Shown: piece after piece, positions 33,867 through 45,156 of the stretch | Layout: each line of letters begins with the position of its first letter | Position numbering within the stretch: position 1 is the stretch's first letter | Origin: Betaproteobacteria bacterium | GTDB lineage: Bacteria > Pseudomonadota > Gammaproteobacteria > Burkholderiales > SG8-41 | DNA: 64,000 nt | Direction: 5' to 3' | NCBI GenBank assembly: GCA_021732605.1 | Contig: JAKFUS010000029.1 | Span: 25,300 to 89,299, forward strand | Position numbers and translations under genes: made by a program | Notes under the pieces: model-generated | What the model saw: the letters and a program-made list of their open reading frames with translations, nothing else | Told to the model about the DNA's origin: nothing | The model's database searches: none

Positions 33867-34337
33867 ATGAACCTGAACGTTACGATGATTGCGCAGGCAA
33901 TCACGTTTTTCGTTTTCATCCTGTTTTGCGCCAAGTTCGTCTGGCCGCCGCTGATCCGCGCGCTGGAAGCCCGTCAGAAGCAGATTGCCGACGGACTGGC
34001 CGCCGGCGAAGAAGGCCGGCAGTCGCTGGAGCGTGCAGCCAAGGATGCTGATGCGGCGATCGCACAGGCGCGTAGTCGTGCCAGCGAGATCGTCGCGCAG
34101 GCCGAAAAACGGGTCAGCCAGATGATCGAAGAGGCGAAATCCACGGCCAAAGTCGAAGGCGAGCGGTTGGTCGCCGGCGCCAAGGCCGAGATCGAGCAGG
34201 AAGTTTCGCGCGCCAAGGAAATGCTGCGCACACAGGTGGCCACGCTGGCCGTGGCCGGTGCCGAACAGATCCTCAAGCGCGAAGTCGATGCCAAGGCGCA
34301 TGCCGAGATGCTCGCGGCGATGCAGCGCCAACTGTAA
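33867..34337 (+). CDS. atpF: F0F1 ATP synthase subunit b
   Basis: 156 aa: [29 protein letters not shown], followed by a long charged helix. Confidence 0.92.
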   Translation: MNLNVTMIAQAITFFVFILFCAKFVWPPLIRALEARQKQIADGLAAGEEGRQSLERAAKDADAAIAQARSRASEIVAQAEKRVSQMIEEAKSTAKVEGERLVAGAKAEIEQEVSRAKEMLRTQVATLAVAGAEQILKREVDAKAHAEMLAAMQRQL

Positions 34338-34353
34338 GACAGACCCTCAAACA

Positions 34354-34902
34354 ATGGCCGAACCAGTAACCATCGCGCGACCTTACGCTGAAGCAGTGTA
34401 CAAACTCGCCTGCGAGAAAAACACGCTGACGCAGTGGGCGGACGCGCTGGCCAATCTCGATGGCGTGGTTGGCGACAGCCGCGTGCAACTGATCATCAGT
34501 GACCCGAACGTCAGCGCGCAGCAACTCGAAGGATTGGTGCTGGGCGTGATTGGCGACAAACTCGATGCTGGTGTCGCCAATGAGGCGCGCAACTTCATCC
34601 AGGTGCTGGTGCAGAACGGCCGGCTGGAACTGACGCCGCATATACGCGGCGTGTACGAGAGTCTCAAACGCGAGCATGAAGGTACGCTCGAAGCGAGCGT
34701 GATTTCGGCATTGCCGATCAGCGATGAGCAGGTGAAGACGCTGGTGGCTGCTCTGGAAACAAAATTCATGCGGAAGATCACGGCGAAAGTCGAAATTGAT
34801 CCGCAATTGATCGGCGGCGTGAAAATCGTCGTCGGCGACAAAGTCATCGATGCAACGGTGCGTGGCAGGCTGGATGCGATGGCCACCGCGCTTACCCACT
34901 AG
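34354..34902 (+). CDS. atpH: F0F1 ATP synthase subunit delta
   Basis: The track ORF 34258..34902 was trimmed to the ATG at 34354 (MAEPVTIARPYAEAVYKLA...). Confidence 0.92.
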   Translation: MAEPVTIARPYAEAVYKLACEKNTLTQWADALANLDGVVGDSRVQLIISDPNVSAQQLEGLVLGVIGDKLDAGVANEARNFIQVLVQNGRLELTPHIRGVYESLKREHEGTLEASVISALPISDEQVKTLVAALETKFMRKITAKVEIDPQLIGGVKIVVGDKVIDATVRGRLDAMATALTH

Positions 34903-34911
34903 GAGTAACAC

Positions 34912-36453
34912 ATGCAACTCAATCCTTCCGAGATCAGCGAACTCATCAAGAGCCGGATTCAGAATCTGGGCGGCAGCGCGGAAGCGCGCACCCAGGGCAC
35001 GGTGATTTCGGTGACCGACGGCATCTGCCGCATCCACGGCCTCGCCGACGTGATGCAGGGCGAAATGCTGGAGTTTCCGAAAAACACCTTCGGCCTCGCG
35101 CTGAACCTTGAGCGTGATTCGGTCGGCGCGGTGATTCTGGGCGCCTACGAGCATATTTCCGAAGGCGACACCGTGAAGACCACGGGCCGCATTCTCGAAG
35201 TGCCGGTGGGTCCCGAACTGATTGGCCGCGTGGTCAACTCGCTGGGCGAGCCGATCGATGGCAAGGGTCCGATCAACGCCAAGATGACGGACGTGATCGA
35301 GAAAGTCGCGCCGGGCGTGATTGAGCGTAAATCGGTGTCGCAGCCGGTGCAGACCGGGCTGAAATCGATTGATGCCATGGTGCCCGTCGGCCGCGGCCAG
35401 CGCGAATTGATCATCGGCGACCGCCAGACCGGCAAGACCGCGGTGGCACTGGACGCGATCATCAATCAGAAGGGCAAAGACCTATTCTGTATTTACGTCG
35501 CGATCGGCCAGAAGGCGTCGTCGATCAAAAACGTGGTGCGCAAGCTCGAAGAACACGGCGCGATGGAATACACCATCGTCGTTGCTGCAACGGCTTCCGA
35601 GTCCGCCGCGATGCAGTTCATTGCCCCCTACTCCGGTTGCACCATGGGCGAATACTTCCGCGACCGCGGCCAGGATGCGCTGATTATTTATGACGATTTG
35701 ACCAAGCAGGCTTGGGCCTATCGCCAAGTGTCATTGCTGCTGCGTCGTCCCCCGGGCCGTGAAGCCTATCCTGGCGACGTGTTTTACCTGCACTCGCGCC
35801 TGCTGGAACGTGCGGCACGGGTCAATGAAGAATATGTCGAGAAATTTACCAAAGGTGCGGTCAAGGGCAAAACCGGTTCGCTGACGGCGTTGCCGGTCAT
35901 TGAAACCCAAGCTGGCGACGTGACGGCCTTCGTGCCGACCAATGTGATCTCGATCACCGACGGCCAGATCTTCCTCGAAACCGACTTGTTCAACGCCGGT
36001 ATCCGTCCCGCGATCAACGCCGGTATTTCGGTATCGCGCGTCGGTGGTGCTGCGCAGACCAAAGTCATTAAGAAGCTCGGCGGCGGTGTGCGTCTGGCAC
36101 TGGCGCAGTATCGCGAACTCGCGGCCTTCGCGCAGTTTGCGTCCGACCTCGACGAAGCCACCCGCAAGCAGCTGGAGCGCGGCCGCCTGGTCACGGAACT
36201 GATGAAACAACCGCAGTACGAACCGCTGCAGGTGTGGGAAATGGCGCTGACGCTGTTTGCAGTCAGCGGCGGTTATCTGGACGATGTCGAAGTGAAGAAA
36301 GCGCTGGCGGCCGAAAAGTCGATGCGCGATTACATCGAGAGCAAGTTCGGCGATCTGGTGAAACGCATCGAAAACACCAAGGATCTGTCCAAGGATGACG
36401 AAGGACAGCTGACGGCGGCGATCAAGGACTGGAAGCAGAACGGTTCCTACTAA
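34912..36453 (+). CDS. atpA: F0F1 ATP synthase subunit alpha
   Basis: 513 aa with Walker A: [11 protein letters not shown]. Confidence 0.97.
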   Translation: MQLNPSEISELIKSRIQNLGGSAEARTQGTVISVTDGICRIHGLADVMQGEMLEFPKNTFGLALNLERDSVGAVILGAYEHISEGDTVKTTGRILEVPVGPELIGRVVNSLGEPIDGKGPINAKMTDVIEKVAPGVIERKSVSQPVQTGLKSIDAMVPVGRGQRELIIGDRQTGKTAVALDAIINQKGKDLFCIYVAIGQKASSIKNVVRKLEEHGAMEYTIVVAATASESAAMQFIAPYSGCTMGEYFRDRGQDALIIYDDLTKQAWAYRQVSLLLRRPPGREAYPGDVFYLHSRLLERAARVNEEYVEKFTKGAVKGKTGSLTALPVIETQAGDVTAFVPTNVISITDGQIFLETDLFNAGIRPAINAGISVSRVGGAAQTKVIKKLGGGVRLALAQYRELAAFAQFASDLDEATRKQLERGRLVTELMKQPQYEPLQVWEMALTLFAVSGGYLDDVEVKKALAAEKSMRDYIESKFGDLVKRIENTKDLSKDDEGQLTAAIKDWKQNGSY

Positions 36454-36481
36454 GCGCTCCACAGACTATAAAATAATTGTT

Positions 36482-36501
36482 TAAAATCAGATACTTATAA
36501 C
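36482..36501 (+). repeat. AT-rich motif copy 3 (TAAAATCAGATACTTATAAC) abutting the atpG start codon
   Basis: 18/20 identical to 49415..49434. IHF core is AATCAGatacTTA. The upstream TATAAAATA (36466-36474) parallels TATAAAAATA upstream of the 49415 copy. Confidence 0.6.
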
Positions 36502-37365
36502 ATGCCCGGCTCGAAGGAAATCCGCACCAAGATCAAGAGCGTGCAAAACACGCGCAAGATCACCAAGGCGATGGAAATGGTCGCGGCCTCGAAAATGCGC
36601 CGCGCGCAGGAACGCATGCGCATGTCGCGGCCGTACGGCGAAAAAATCCGCAACGTTGCCGCGCATATCAGTCATGCCAATCCGGAATACCGTCATCCCT
36701 TCCTGGTGTCGCGCGACTCGGTCAAACGCATCGGCCTGATCGTGGTCACCACCGACAAGGGTTTGTGCGGCGGCTTGAATACCAATGCCCTGCGGCTGGC
36801 GTTGAACAAGATCAAAGAATGGGAAGCGCTGGGCGAAGAGATTGAAGTGTGTGCACTCGGCAACAAGGGCCTGGGTTTCATGCAGCGTCTGGGTGCCAAC
36901 GTGGTTTCGCAAGTCACCGGGCTGGGCGACAAGCCGCAGATGGACAAGCTGATCGGCGCGCTGAAGATCATGCTCGACGGTTACACGCAGGATCGCTTTG
37001 ACCGCTTGCTGATCGTCTACACCAAGTTCGTCAACACCATGAAGCAGGAAGCGGTGGTTGAACAGCTGCTGCCGCTGTCGGGTGATGCACTGGGCACACC
37101 GGAAGGTTCCTGGGACTACATCTATGAGCCGGACGCCAAGTCGGTGCTCGACCAGGTGCTGACTCGTTATGTCGAGGCGCTGATTTACCAGGGCGTGTCC
37201 GAAAACATGGCTTCCGAGCAGTCGGCGCGCATGGTGGCGATGAAGGCGGCCTCGGACAACGCCGGCAAAGTGATAGAAGAATTAACGCTGATTTACAACA
37301 AGTCGCGGCAGGCTTCGATTACCAAAGAGTTGTCGGAGATTGTCGCCGGCGCAGCTGCGGTTTAA
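36502..37365 (+). CDS. atpG: F0F1 ATP synthase subunit gamma
   Basis: 287 aa: [36 protein letters not shown]...[15 protein letters not shown]. Confidence 0.96.
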   Translation: MPGSKEIRTKIKSVQNTRKITKAMEMVAASKMRRAQERMRMSRPYGEKIRNVAAHISHANPEYRHPFLVSRDSVKRIGLIVVTTDKGLCGGLNTNALRLALNKIKEWEALGEEIEVCALGNKGLGFMQRLGANVVSQVTGLGDKPQMDKLIGALKIMLDGYTQDRFDRLLIVYTKFVNTMKQEAVVEQLLPLSGDALGTPEGSWDYIYEPDAKSVLDQVLTRYVEALIYQGVSENMASEQSARMVAMKAASDNAGKVIEELTLIYNKSRQASITKELSEIVAGAAAV

Positions 37366-37383
37366 CCGATAACAGGGGAAAAA

Positions 37384-39346
<1,963 letters not shown>

Positions 39347-39392
39347 CGGGTAAGCGTAACGGGTAAGAGATACGGGTTAAGGAAATACAATC

Positions 39393-39824
39393 ATGGCCGA
39401 AGCGGTTCATACCATGCACGTCGATGTCGTCAGCGCGGAAGAGCAGATCTATTCCGGCGAGGCGGAGTTTGTCGTGCTGCCCGGCGAAGCGGGCGAACTG
39501 GGTATTTATCCGCGCCACACGCCGCTGATTACCCGCATCAAACCCGGCGAAGTGCGTATCAAACCGGCGGGCGGTGGCCCTGAGGAATTCATTTTTGTCG
39601 CTGGCGGCGTGCTGGAAGTGCAGCCGAAGATGGTCACCGTGCTCGCTGATACTGCGATCCGCGGCGCCGATCTCGATGAAGCCAAAGCCACTGAGGCGCA
39701 GAAACAGGCCGAGGAAGCGCGCAAAAACGCCGAGGGCAAGCAGGAAGTGGCGACCGTCGAAGCCGAACTGGCGGTACTCGCGGCTCAACTCGCCGCCATC
39801 CGCAAATTGCGCGGTAAACGCTGA
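39393..39824 (+). CDS. atpC: F0F1 ATP synthase subunit epsilon
   Basis: 143 aa: ...[36 protein letters not shown]. Confidence 0.93.
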   Translation: MAEAVHTMHVDVVSAEEQIYSGEAEFVVLPGEAGELGIYPRHTPLITRIKPGEVRIKPAGGGPEEFIFVAGGVLEVQPKMVTVLADTAIRGADLDEAKATEAQKQAEEARKNAEGKQEVATVEAELAVLAAQLAAIRKLRGKR

Positions 39825-39845
39825 TTTCACCGTACAGCAGATAAC

Positions 39846-39875
39846 AAGGGCGGCCTCCAGCCGCCCTTTTTGTTG
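39846..39875 (+). terminator. Rho-independent terminator of the atp operon
   Basis: AAGGGCGGC-ctcca-GCCGCCCTT followed by TTTTGTT, starting 22 nt after the atpC stop. Confidence 0.85.
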
Positions 39876-39927
39876 GACAGCACAGATCACGGGCCGTGCA
39901 AGTTGATGTTTATGCGATAATTTTCCG

Positions 39928-41313
39928 ATGCGCCCCCAAGTCGTCATACTCGCCGCCGGCCAGGGCAAACGGATGAACTCCGATCTGCCCAAAGTGCTGC
40001 ATCCGCTGGCGGGCAAACCGCTGATTGCCCATGTCGTTGCTGCCGCACGCGCCATTGATGCGGAACAGATTTGTATCGTGCATGGCCATGGCGGTGATCT
40101 GGTGCAGGCCGCGCTTTCGGGTGAGGATTTGGCCTATGCGCTGCAATCACCACAACGGGGTACCGGCCACGCCTTGCAACAGGCCTTGCCCAAACTGACC
40201 AAAGCCCCGCTGACGCTGGTCTTGTACGGCGATGTGCCGCTGGTGCATCCCGAGACACTGGAAGACCTGCTCAAGGCGGCCGGCAAAGGCGCCGCAATAC
40301 TGACCGCTGAACTGGATGATCCGACGGGCTACGGTCGCATCCTGCGCAGCAAGGCCGGTCGCAACAAGGCCGGTCGCGTGACCGGAATTGTCGAACAAAA
40401 AGACGCCAGCGCCGCGCAACGTCGCATCAGCGAAATCAACAGCGGCATCATGGTGCTGCCCACGGCGCGGCTCGCGAAGTGGTTGTCACAGATCAAAAAC
40501 AAAAACGCGCAAAAAGAGTATTACCTGACCGACATCATCGCGCTGGCGGTCAAGGATCGCGTGCCGGTCACAGGACTCAAAGCAGAAGACGCCGGTGAAA
40601 TCCAGGGCGTCAACAGCCGTGCGCAACTGGCGCAGCTCGAGCGTACCTATCAATGGCTGCAGGCTTCGGAACTGCTCGATGCCGGCGTCACGCTGGTGGA
40701 TCCCTTGCGCTTCGACCTGCGTGGCACGTTGCACTGCGGCCGCGATGTGCAGATCGACATCAATTGCGTATTCGAAGGCGAGATTGTGCTGCGCGACAAC
40801 GTCAGCATCGGCGCGCATTGCATACTGAAGAATGTCCGCATAGACGCGGGCACCCGCATCGAACCGTTTTCCCATATCGACGGCGCTCAGATCGGCGCGC
40901 ACTGTCGCATCGGCCCCTATGCCCGCATCCGGCCCGGCACGCATCTGGGAGCGGAAGTACATGTCGGCAATTTTGTTGAAATCAAGGCCAGCGATGTCGG
41001 TGACGGCTCCAAGGCTAATCACCTGTCCTATGTCGGCGATGCCAGCGTCGGCCGCAACGTCAACATCGGTGCCGGTACCATTACCTGCAATTACGACGGT
41101 GCGGCCAAACACCGTACCGTGATCGAAGATGATGTGCACATCGGTTCCGACGTGCAGTTGGTGGCGCCGGTCAGGGTGGCGCGCGGCTCCACGGTAGGCG
41201 CTGGTACGACGCTGTGGAAAGACATTCCGCCCGGAGGGCTGGCGATCAATCCAAAAACCCAGGAATACCGTGCCGGCTGGCAGCGCCCGCGCAAGGCAGC
41301 CAAGCGCAAATGA
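39928..41313 (+). CDS. glmU: Bifunctional GlcNAc-1-P uridyltransferase / GlcN-1-P acetyltransferase
   Basis: 461 aa: [21 protein letters not shown]..., with left-handed beta-helix hexapeptide repeats in the C-terminal half. Confidence 0.95.
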   Translation: MRPQVVILAAGQGKRMNSDLPKVLHPLAGKPLIAHVVAAARAIDAEQICIVHGHGGDLVQAALSGEDLAYALQSPQRGTGHALQQALPKLTKAPLTLVLYGDVPLVHPETLEDLLKAAGKGAAILTAELDDPTGYGRILRSKAGRNKAGRVTGIVEQKDASAAQRRISEINSGIMVLPTARLAKWLSQIKNKNAQKEYYLTDIIALAVKDRVPVTGLKAEDAGEIQGVNSRAQLAQLERTYQWLQASELLDAGVTLVDPLRFDLRGTLHCGRDVQIDINCVFEGEIVLRDNVSIGAHCILKNVRIDAGTRIEPFSHIDGAQIGAHCRIGPYARIRPGTHLGAEVHVGNFVEIKASDVGDGSKANHLSYVGDASVGRNVNIGAGTITCNYDGAAKHRTVIEDDVHIGSDVQLVAPVRVARGSTVGAGTTLWKDIPPGGLAINPKTQEYRAGWQRPRKAAKRK

Positions 41314-41333
41314 AAACGGGACGGAACTAGCGC

Positions 41334-43160
41334 ATGTGCGGAATCGTCGGCGCCATCGCGGCGCGCGATGTCGTGCCCATCCTGATCGAAGGTCTGAAGC
41401 GGCTGGAGTATCGCGGTTATGACTCCGCGGGCATCGCCGTGATCAACGGCGAACTGCAGCGGATACGCAGTACCGGGCGTGTCGCGACGCTGGAGCAGAT
41501 GACGCAAGAGGAGCATGTTACGGGCGACATCGGCATTGCGCATACCCGTTGGGCGACACATGGCGCACCGTCGGAAAAAAATGCGCATCCGCATGTCTCG
41601 GGTGCTGTGTCAGTAGTCCATAACGGCATCATCGAAAATCACGACGAACTGCGCGAAAAGCTGCGTGGCCTCGGTTATCAATTTGTGTCGGATACCGATA
41701 CCGAAGTCATTGCGCACCTGGTGCATCTGCATTTGCAGCTAAGTGGGAATTTGCTACAGGCGGTTCAGAACAGTTTGCATGAGCTGATCGGCGCGTATGC
41801 GATTGCGGTGGTCAACGCAGCCGATGCGTCAAGGCTGGTGGTGGCGCGCATGGGTGCGCCGTTGTTGCTGGGTCTGGGCAAGGGTGAAAACTTCGCGGCC
41901 TCGGATGCCTCGGCACTGGTGCAGGTCACGCAGCGCGTCGTCTATCTGGAAGAAGGCGATTGTGCAGAACTGACGTGTGCACAGGTGCGCATATTTGATG
42001 GTAACGGCAAGGCGGTCGTGCGCCGTGAGCAAATCACCGCGCTGACGGCTGCCGCGGTCGAACTCGGGCCGTATCAGCATTACATGCAGAAGGAAATTTT
42101 TGAGCAGCCGATGGCGGTGGCTAACACATTGGAAATGGTGACCAGTGCACGCGCCATAGTGCCGCAGTTGTTCGGCGCAGGTGCCGATGAAATATTAAAT
42201 AAAATCAATGGTTTAACAATACTTGCCTGCGGTACCAGTTATCACGCCGGCATGGTCGCGCGGTACTGGATAGAAGCTGTTGCCGGTTTGCCATGCAATG
42301 TCGAGATTGCCAGTGAATACCGCTATCGCGAAACGGTGAACGACCCGGATACGCTGGTGGTGACCCTGTCGCAGTCCGGTGAAACCGCGGACACGCTGGC
42401 GGCCCTGCAGTACGCAAAAGCACGCGGCCATCGCTACAGCCTGAGTATTTGCAATGCGCCGGAATCCGCGCTGGTGCGCGCGTCCGAACTGCGTTTCCTG
42501 ACCCGCGCCGGCCCGGAAATCGGTGTGGCATCGACTAAAGCCTTTACCACGCAGCTGGCTGCTCTGGTGCTGCTGACCATGGCGCTGGCCAAACAGCGTG
42601 GGCGGTTGACAGCGGAACGCGAGGCGGAACTGCTGCACGAGTTGCGCCACTTGCCTGCCGCACTGACCGAAGTGCTGCAGATCGAACCGGCAATTGCACA
42701 GTGGGCGGAAGTTTTTGCCGCCAAGGAACACATGCTGTTCCTCGGCCGTGGCATCCACTACCCGATCGCCATGGAAGGTGCGCTGAAAATGAAAGAAATC
42801 ACCTATATCCATGCTGAAGCCTATGCCGCTGGCGAACTCAAACACGGGCCGCTGGCGCTGGTCGATCGCAACATGCCGGTGGTGGCGGTCGCGCCCAGGG
42901 ATGCGCTGCTGGAAAAACTGAAATCCAATCTGCAGGAAGTGCGTGCGCGCGGCGGCGAGTTATATGTGCTCGCCGATCAGGATACGCGTATTACCGAAAG
43001 CGACGGTGTGCACGTGATTTCGATGCCCGGCCATGCCGGCCTGCTGTCACCGATCCTGCATACGGTGCCGCTGCAATTGCTGGCGTATCACACGGCCCTG
43101 CACCGTGGCACCGATGTCGACAAGCCGCGCAATCTCGCGAAGTCCGTGACCGTCGAGTAA
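41334..43160 (+). CDS. glmS: Glutamine--fructose-6-phosphate aminotransferase
   Basis: 608 aa: MCGIVGAI...ends KSVTVE. Confidence 0.97.
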   Translation: MCGIVGAIAARDVVPILIEGLKRLEYRGYDSAGIAVINGELQRIRSTGRVATLEQMTQEEHVTGDIGIAHTRWATHGAPSEKNAHPHVSGAVSVVHNGIIENHDELREKLRGLGYQFVSDTDTEVIAHLVHLHLQLSGNLLQAVQNSLHELIGAYAIAVVNAADASRLVVARMGAPLLLGLGKGENFAASDASALVQVTQRVVYLEEGDCAELTCAQVRIFDGNGKAVVRREQITALTAAAVELGPYQHYMQKEIFEQPMAVANTLEMVTSARAIVPQLFGAGADEILNKINGLTILACGTSYHAGMVARYWIEAVAGLPCNVEIASEYRYRETVNDPDTLVVTLSQSGETADTLAALQYAKARGHRYSLSICNAPESALVRASELRFLTRAGPEIGVASTKAFTTQLAALVLLTMALAKQRGRLTAEREAELLHELRHLPAALTEVLQIEPAIAQWAEVFAAKEHMLFLGRGIHYPIAMEGALKMKEITYIHAEAYAAGELKHGPLALVDRNMPVVAVAPRDALLEKLKSNLQEVRARGGELYVLADQDTRITESDGVHVISMPGHAGLLSPILHTVPLQLLAYHTALHRGTDVDKPRNLAKSVTVE

Positions 43161-43173
43161 AAGACCGGCTGCG

Positions 43174-43821
43174 TCAGCGCAGGGCCGCTTCGCTGCGCAC
43201 CTTCTGCACCAGTCCATCGAGTATCAGCACGGTGCTGTTCAGCGACTCGCCCATGCTGCCGGAAGTCAGGTAGCGGCCATTGACTACCAGCGAAGGGGTC
43301 CCGGCGATGCTGTAAGCCCGGCTCAACCTGGCGGCTTCTTCCACCTTGCGCTGTACCGCCAGTGAATTGTAGGCCTCATCCCAGCGTTCACGGGCGATAC
43401 CGTTGCGCAACGCCCACTCGGACATCACTTCGGGTTTGCTCATGGACAGTTCTTCCACGTGATAACCATGGTAGACACGCTGATGCAGGCGTTCCACTTC
43501 GCCCAGTGCTTCCAGCGTGTAATAGATGCGCGCGTGCGGCGCCCAGCTATCACGCAATATCGCGGGTATGCGGCGAACGGTGACATCGGCGGGTTTACGG
43601 CTGATCCAGCGTTCCAGCGCCGGCTGCAGGTTGTGGCAATGCGGGCAGCCGTACCAGAAAAAATCGATGACTTCGATGCCGTTTGATACGCTGACCGGCT
43701 GCGGCTTGATGACCCGGTATTCGATTTCAGCGCGTACCGGCTGCTGTGCGGCTGTCGGACCAGTGAAAAAAAACAGTACGGCAAGCGCGCAGCCAAACAA
43801 CTTTACCGGCGCCCGCAGCAT
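43174..43821 (-). CDS. dsbA: Thiol:disulfide interchange protein DsbA-family paralog (downstream copy)
   Basis: 215 aa with a signal peptide, the active site FFWYGCPHCHNLQP, and a cis-Pro loop GTPSLVVNG. Confidence 0.88.
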   Translation of the reverse strand: MLRAPVKLFGCALAVLFFFTGPTAAQQPVRAEIEYRVIKPQPVSVSNGIEVIDFFWYGCPHCHNLQPALERWISRKPADVTVRRIPAILRDSWAPHARIYYTLEALGEVERLHQRVYHGYHVEELSMSKPEVMSEWALRNGIARERWDEAYNSLAVQRKVEEAARLSRAYSIAGTPSLVVNGRYLTSGSMGESLNSTVLILDGLVQKVRSEAALR

Positions 43822-43823
43822 GC

Positions 43824-44486
43824 TTATTTCGCCCCTTTGTTTTTCCGCGCTTCGGCGATCAGGCCGTCAACGACCTGGAAAAAACGCTCGTAGTCGACAC
43901 TGCGGTCGGCTTTCAGCGTCCGCGAAGGCGCAGTCAGATACTGGCCATCGATGACCACCGCCGGCGTGCCGGGGATGTCATATTTGCGGGTCAGCTCGAT
44001 GGACCGCTGGGTGCGGCCGTTGATCCCGAACGAGTTGTAGACATCAGCGAATTTTTTGCGATCGACACCCTTGGTCGCTGCCCAGTCGAAAATCGCATTG
44101 GCGTCAATCAGGGGGGCGCGCTGTTTGTGCAGCGTGGCGAACATTTCCTGGTGCAGCTTGTCGATCAGGCCCATGGTTTCGATGGTGTAGTACGCCTTGG
44201 TCAGCGGGATCCACGAATCCTGGAACACCGCAGGTACGCGCTTGAATTCAACATCGGCCGGTTTGCGTTTAAGCCAGGCTTCCAGCGACGGTTGCAGATT
44301 GTTGCAATGGGGGCAGCCGTACCAGAAAAATTCCAGCACTTCGATTTTGTTGCCGCTTTCGGTGGGCTGCGGCGGTTTCACCACCGAATAATCCTTGCCG
44401 GCGGTCAATTGGGCATGGGCAGTGGCAAAAATAAGACTGAGACCCAAGGCCAGCAGCATACGCAGGAAAAAACGGCTTGACTGCAT
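43824..44486 (-). CDS. dsbA: Thiol:disulfide interchange protein DsbA-family paralog (upstream copy)
   Basis: 220 aa with a signal peptide, FFWYGCPHCNNLQP, and GTPAVVIDG. The SD GGAG lies 7 nt upstream of the ATG. Confidence 0.9.
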   Translation of the reverse strand: MQSSRFFLRMLLALGLSLIFATAHAQLTAGKDYSVVKPPQPTESGNKIEVLEFFWYGCPHCNNLQPSLEAWLKRKPADVEFKRVPAVFQDSWIPLTKAYYTIETMGLIDKLHQEMFATLHKQRAPLIDANAIFDWAATKGVDRKKFADVYNSFGINGRTQRSIELTRKYDIPGTPAVVIDGQYLTAPSRTLKADRSVDYERFFQVVDGLIAEARKNKGAK

Positions 44487-44512
44487 GAAAGACTCCAGTG
44501 GACGGCGTTATT

Positions 44513-44568
44513 CAGTAAACGGCACAGTAAACGGCGTTCGCAGTAAACAGCGTTCGCAGTAAACGGCA
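44513..44568. repeat. Four tandem copies (12, 16, 16 and 12 nt) of CAGTAAACGGC(GTTCG), filling the SPOR-dsbA spacer
   Basis: Read directly: cagtaaacggca cagtaaacggcgttcg cagtaaacagcgttcg cagtaaacggcatt. GTAAA occurs at 44515, 44527, 44543 and 44559. Confidence 0.8.
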
Positions 44569-45147
44569 TTATCTATCGGCGTCGCGCACTTTGATCAAGG
44601 TGGTGTCGATGCCATTCTTCTTCAGAGTGTCGCGGGTGCGATTCAGTTCCTCGACATTACCGTAGGGACCGATGCGTACCCGGTGCCAGACCCCGCGCTC
44701 GGGCAGGGTCGTGGTCTGGATTGAGGCCTGCATGCCAAGCAGCGCCAGCCGGGCCTTCAGGTTGTCGGCGTCGGGCGCGCTCTGGAAGGCGCCCGCCTGC
44801 AGGTAAAAGGATTCCTTGGCTGCGCCCTTGGCATCGCGCAGTTGCTGGTCGGTGGCAGGCTCTTCAACGCCAGGCAGGATCTTGTAAAAATCAAAGCGCG
44901 GTTTGGCGTCTGCTGCAGGTTTGCCGCTCTTATCCGGAGTTTTTGCGGGGTCGGCAGTTTTCGCCGGTTCCGATTTTGCTGATGGCGCTTTTTGCGGAAA
45001 GGGATTGGGCATCTTGTTGATGTACCAGGCTACGCCCAGTGCAATGCCCAAGCCCAGCACCAGCCCGATCAGAATACCGATGAACAGCGAACCCCCGCTG
45101 CTGCGGGAGCTGCTCTTGCGTTCACTGCCTTTGTAGTCTCTGCTCAT
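44569..45147 (-). CDS. SPOR-domain cell-division / peptidoglycan-binding protein (FtsN/DedD-like)
   Basis: 192 aa. A short cytoplasmic tail is followed by a TM segment (LFIGILIGLVLGLGIALGVAWYI), a Pro/Lys/Ala-rich linker, and a C-terminal SPOR-like fold (FYLQAGAFQSAPDADNLKARLALLG...WHRVRIGPY). Confidence 0.8.
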   Translation of the reverse strand: MSRDYKGSERKSSSRSSGGSLFIGILIGLVLGLGIALGVAWYINKMPNPFPQKAPSAKSEPAKTADPAKTPDKSGKPAADAKPRFDFYKILPGVEEPATDQQLRDAKGAAKESFYLQAGAFQSAPDADNLKARLALLGMQASIQTTTLPERGVWHRVRIGPYGNVEELNRTRDTLKKNGIDTTLIKVRDADR

Positions 45148-45156
45148 GCGGCAATC

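Noticed and set aside
43451-43466. parS-like TCTTCCACGTGATAAC inside the downstream dsbA gene
   Set aside because: It matches the parS consensus at only 12/16, with both outer arms degenerate, and it lies within coding sequence. Other CACGTG cores (7501, 43015, 50050, 53591) lack parS arms.
44515-44563. Calling the GTAAA repeats upstream of dsbA CpxR boxes
   Set aside because: CpxR sites need GTAAA-N5-GTAAA with a 10-bp period. Here the half-site spacing is 12, 16 and 16 bp. This is kept as a repeat finding only.
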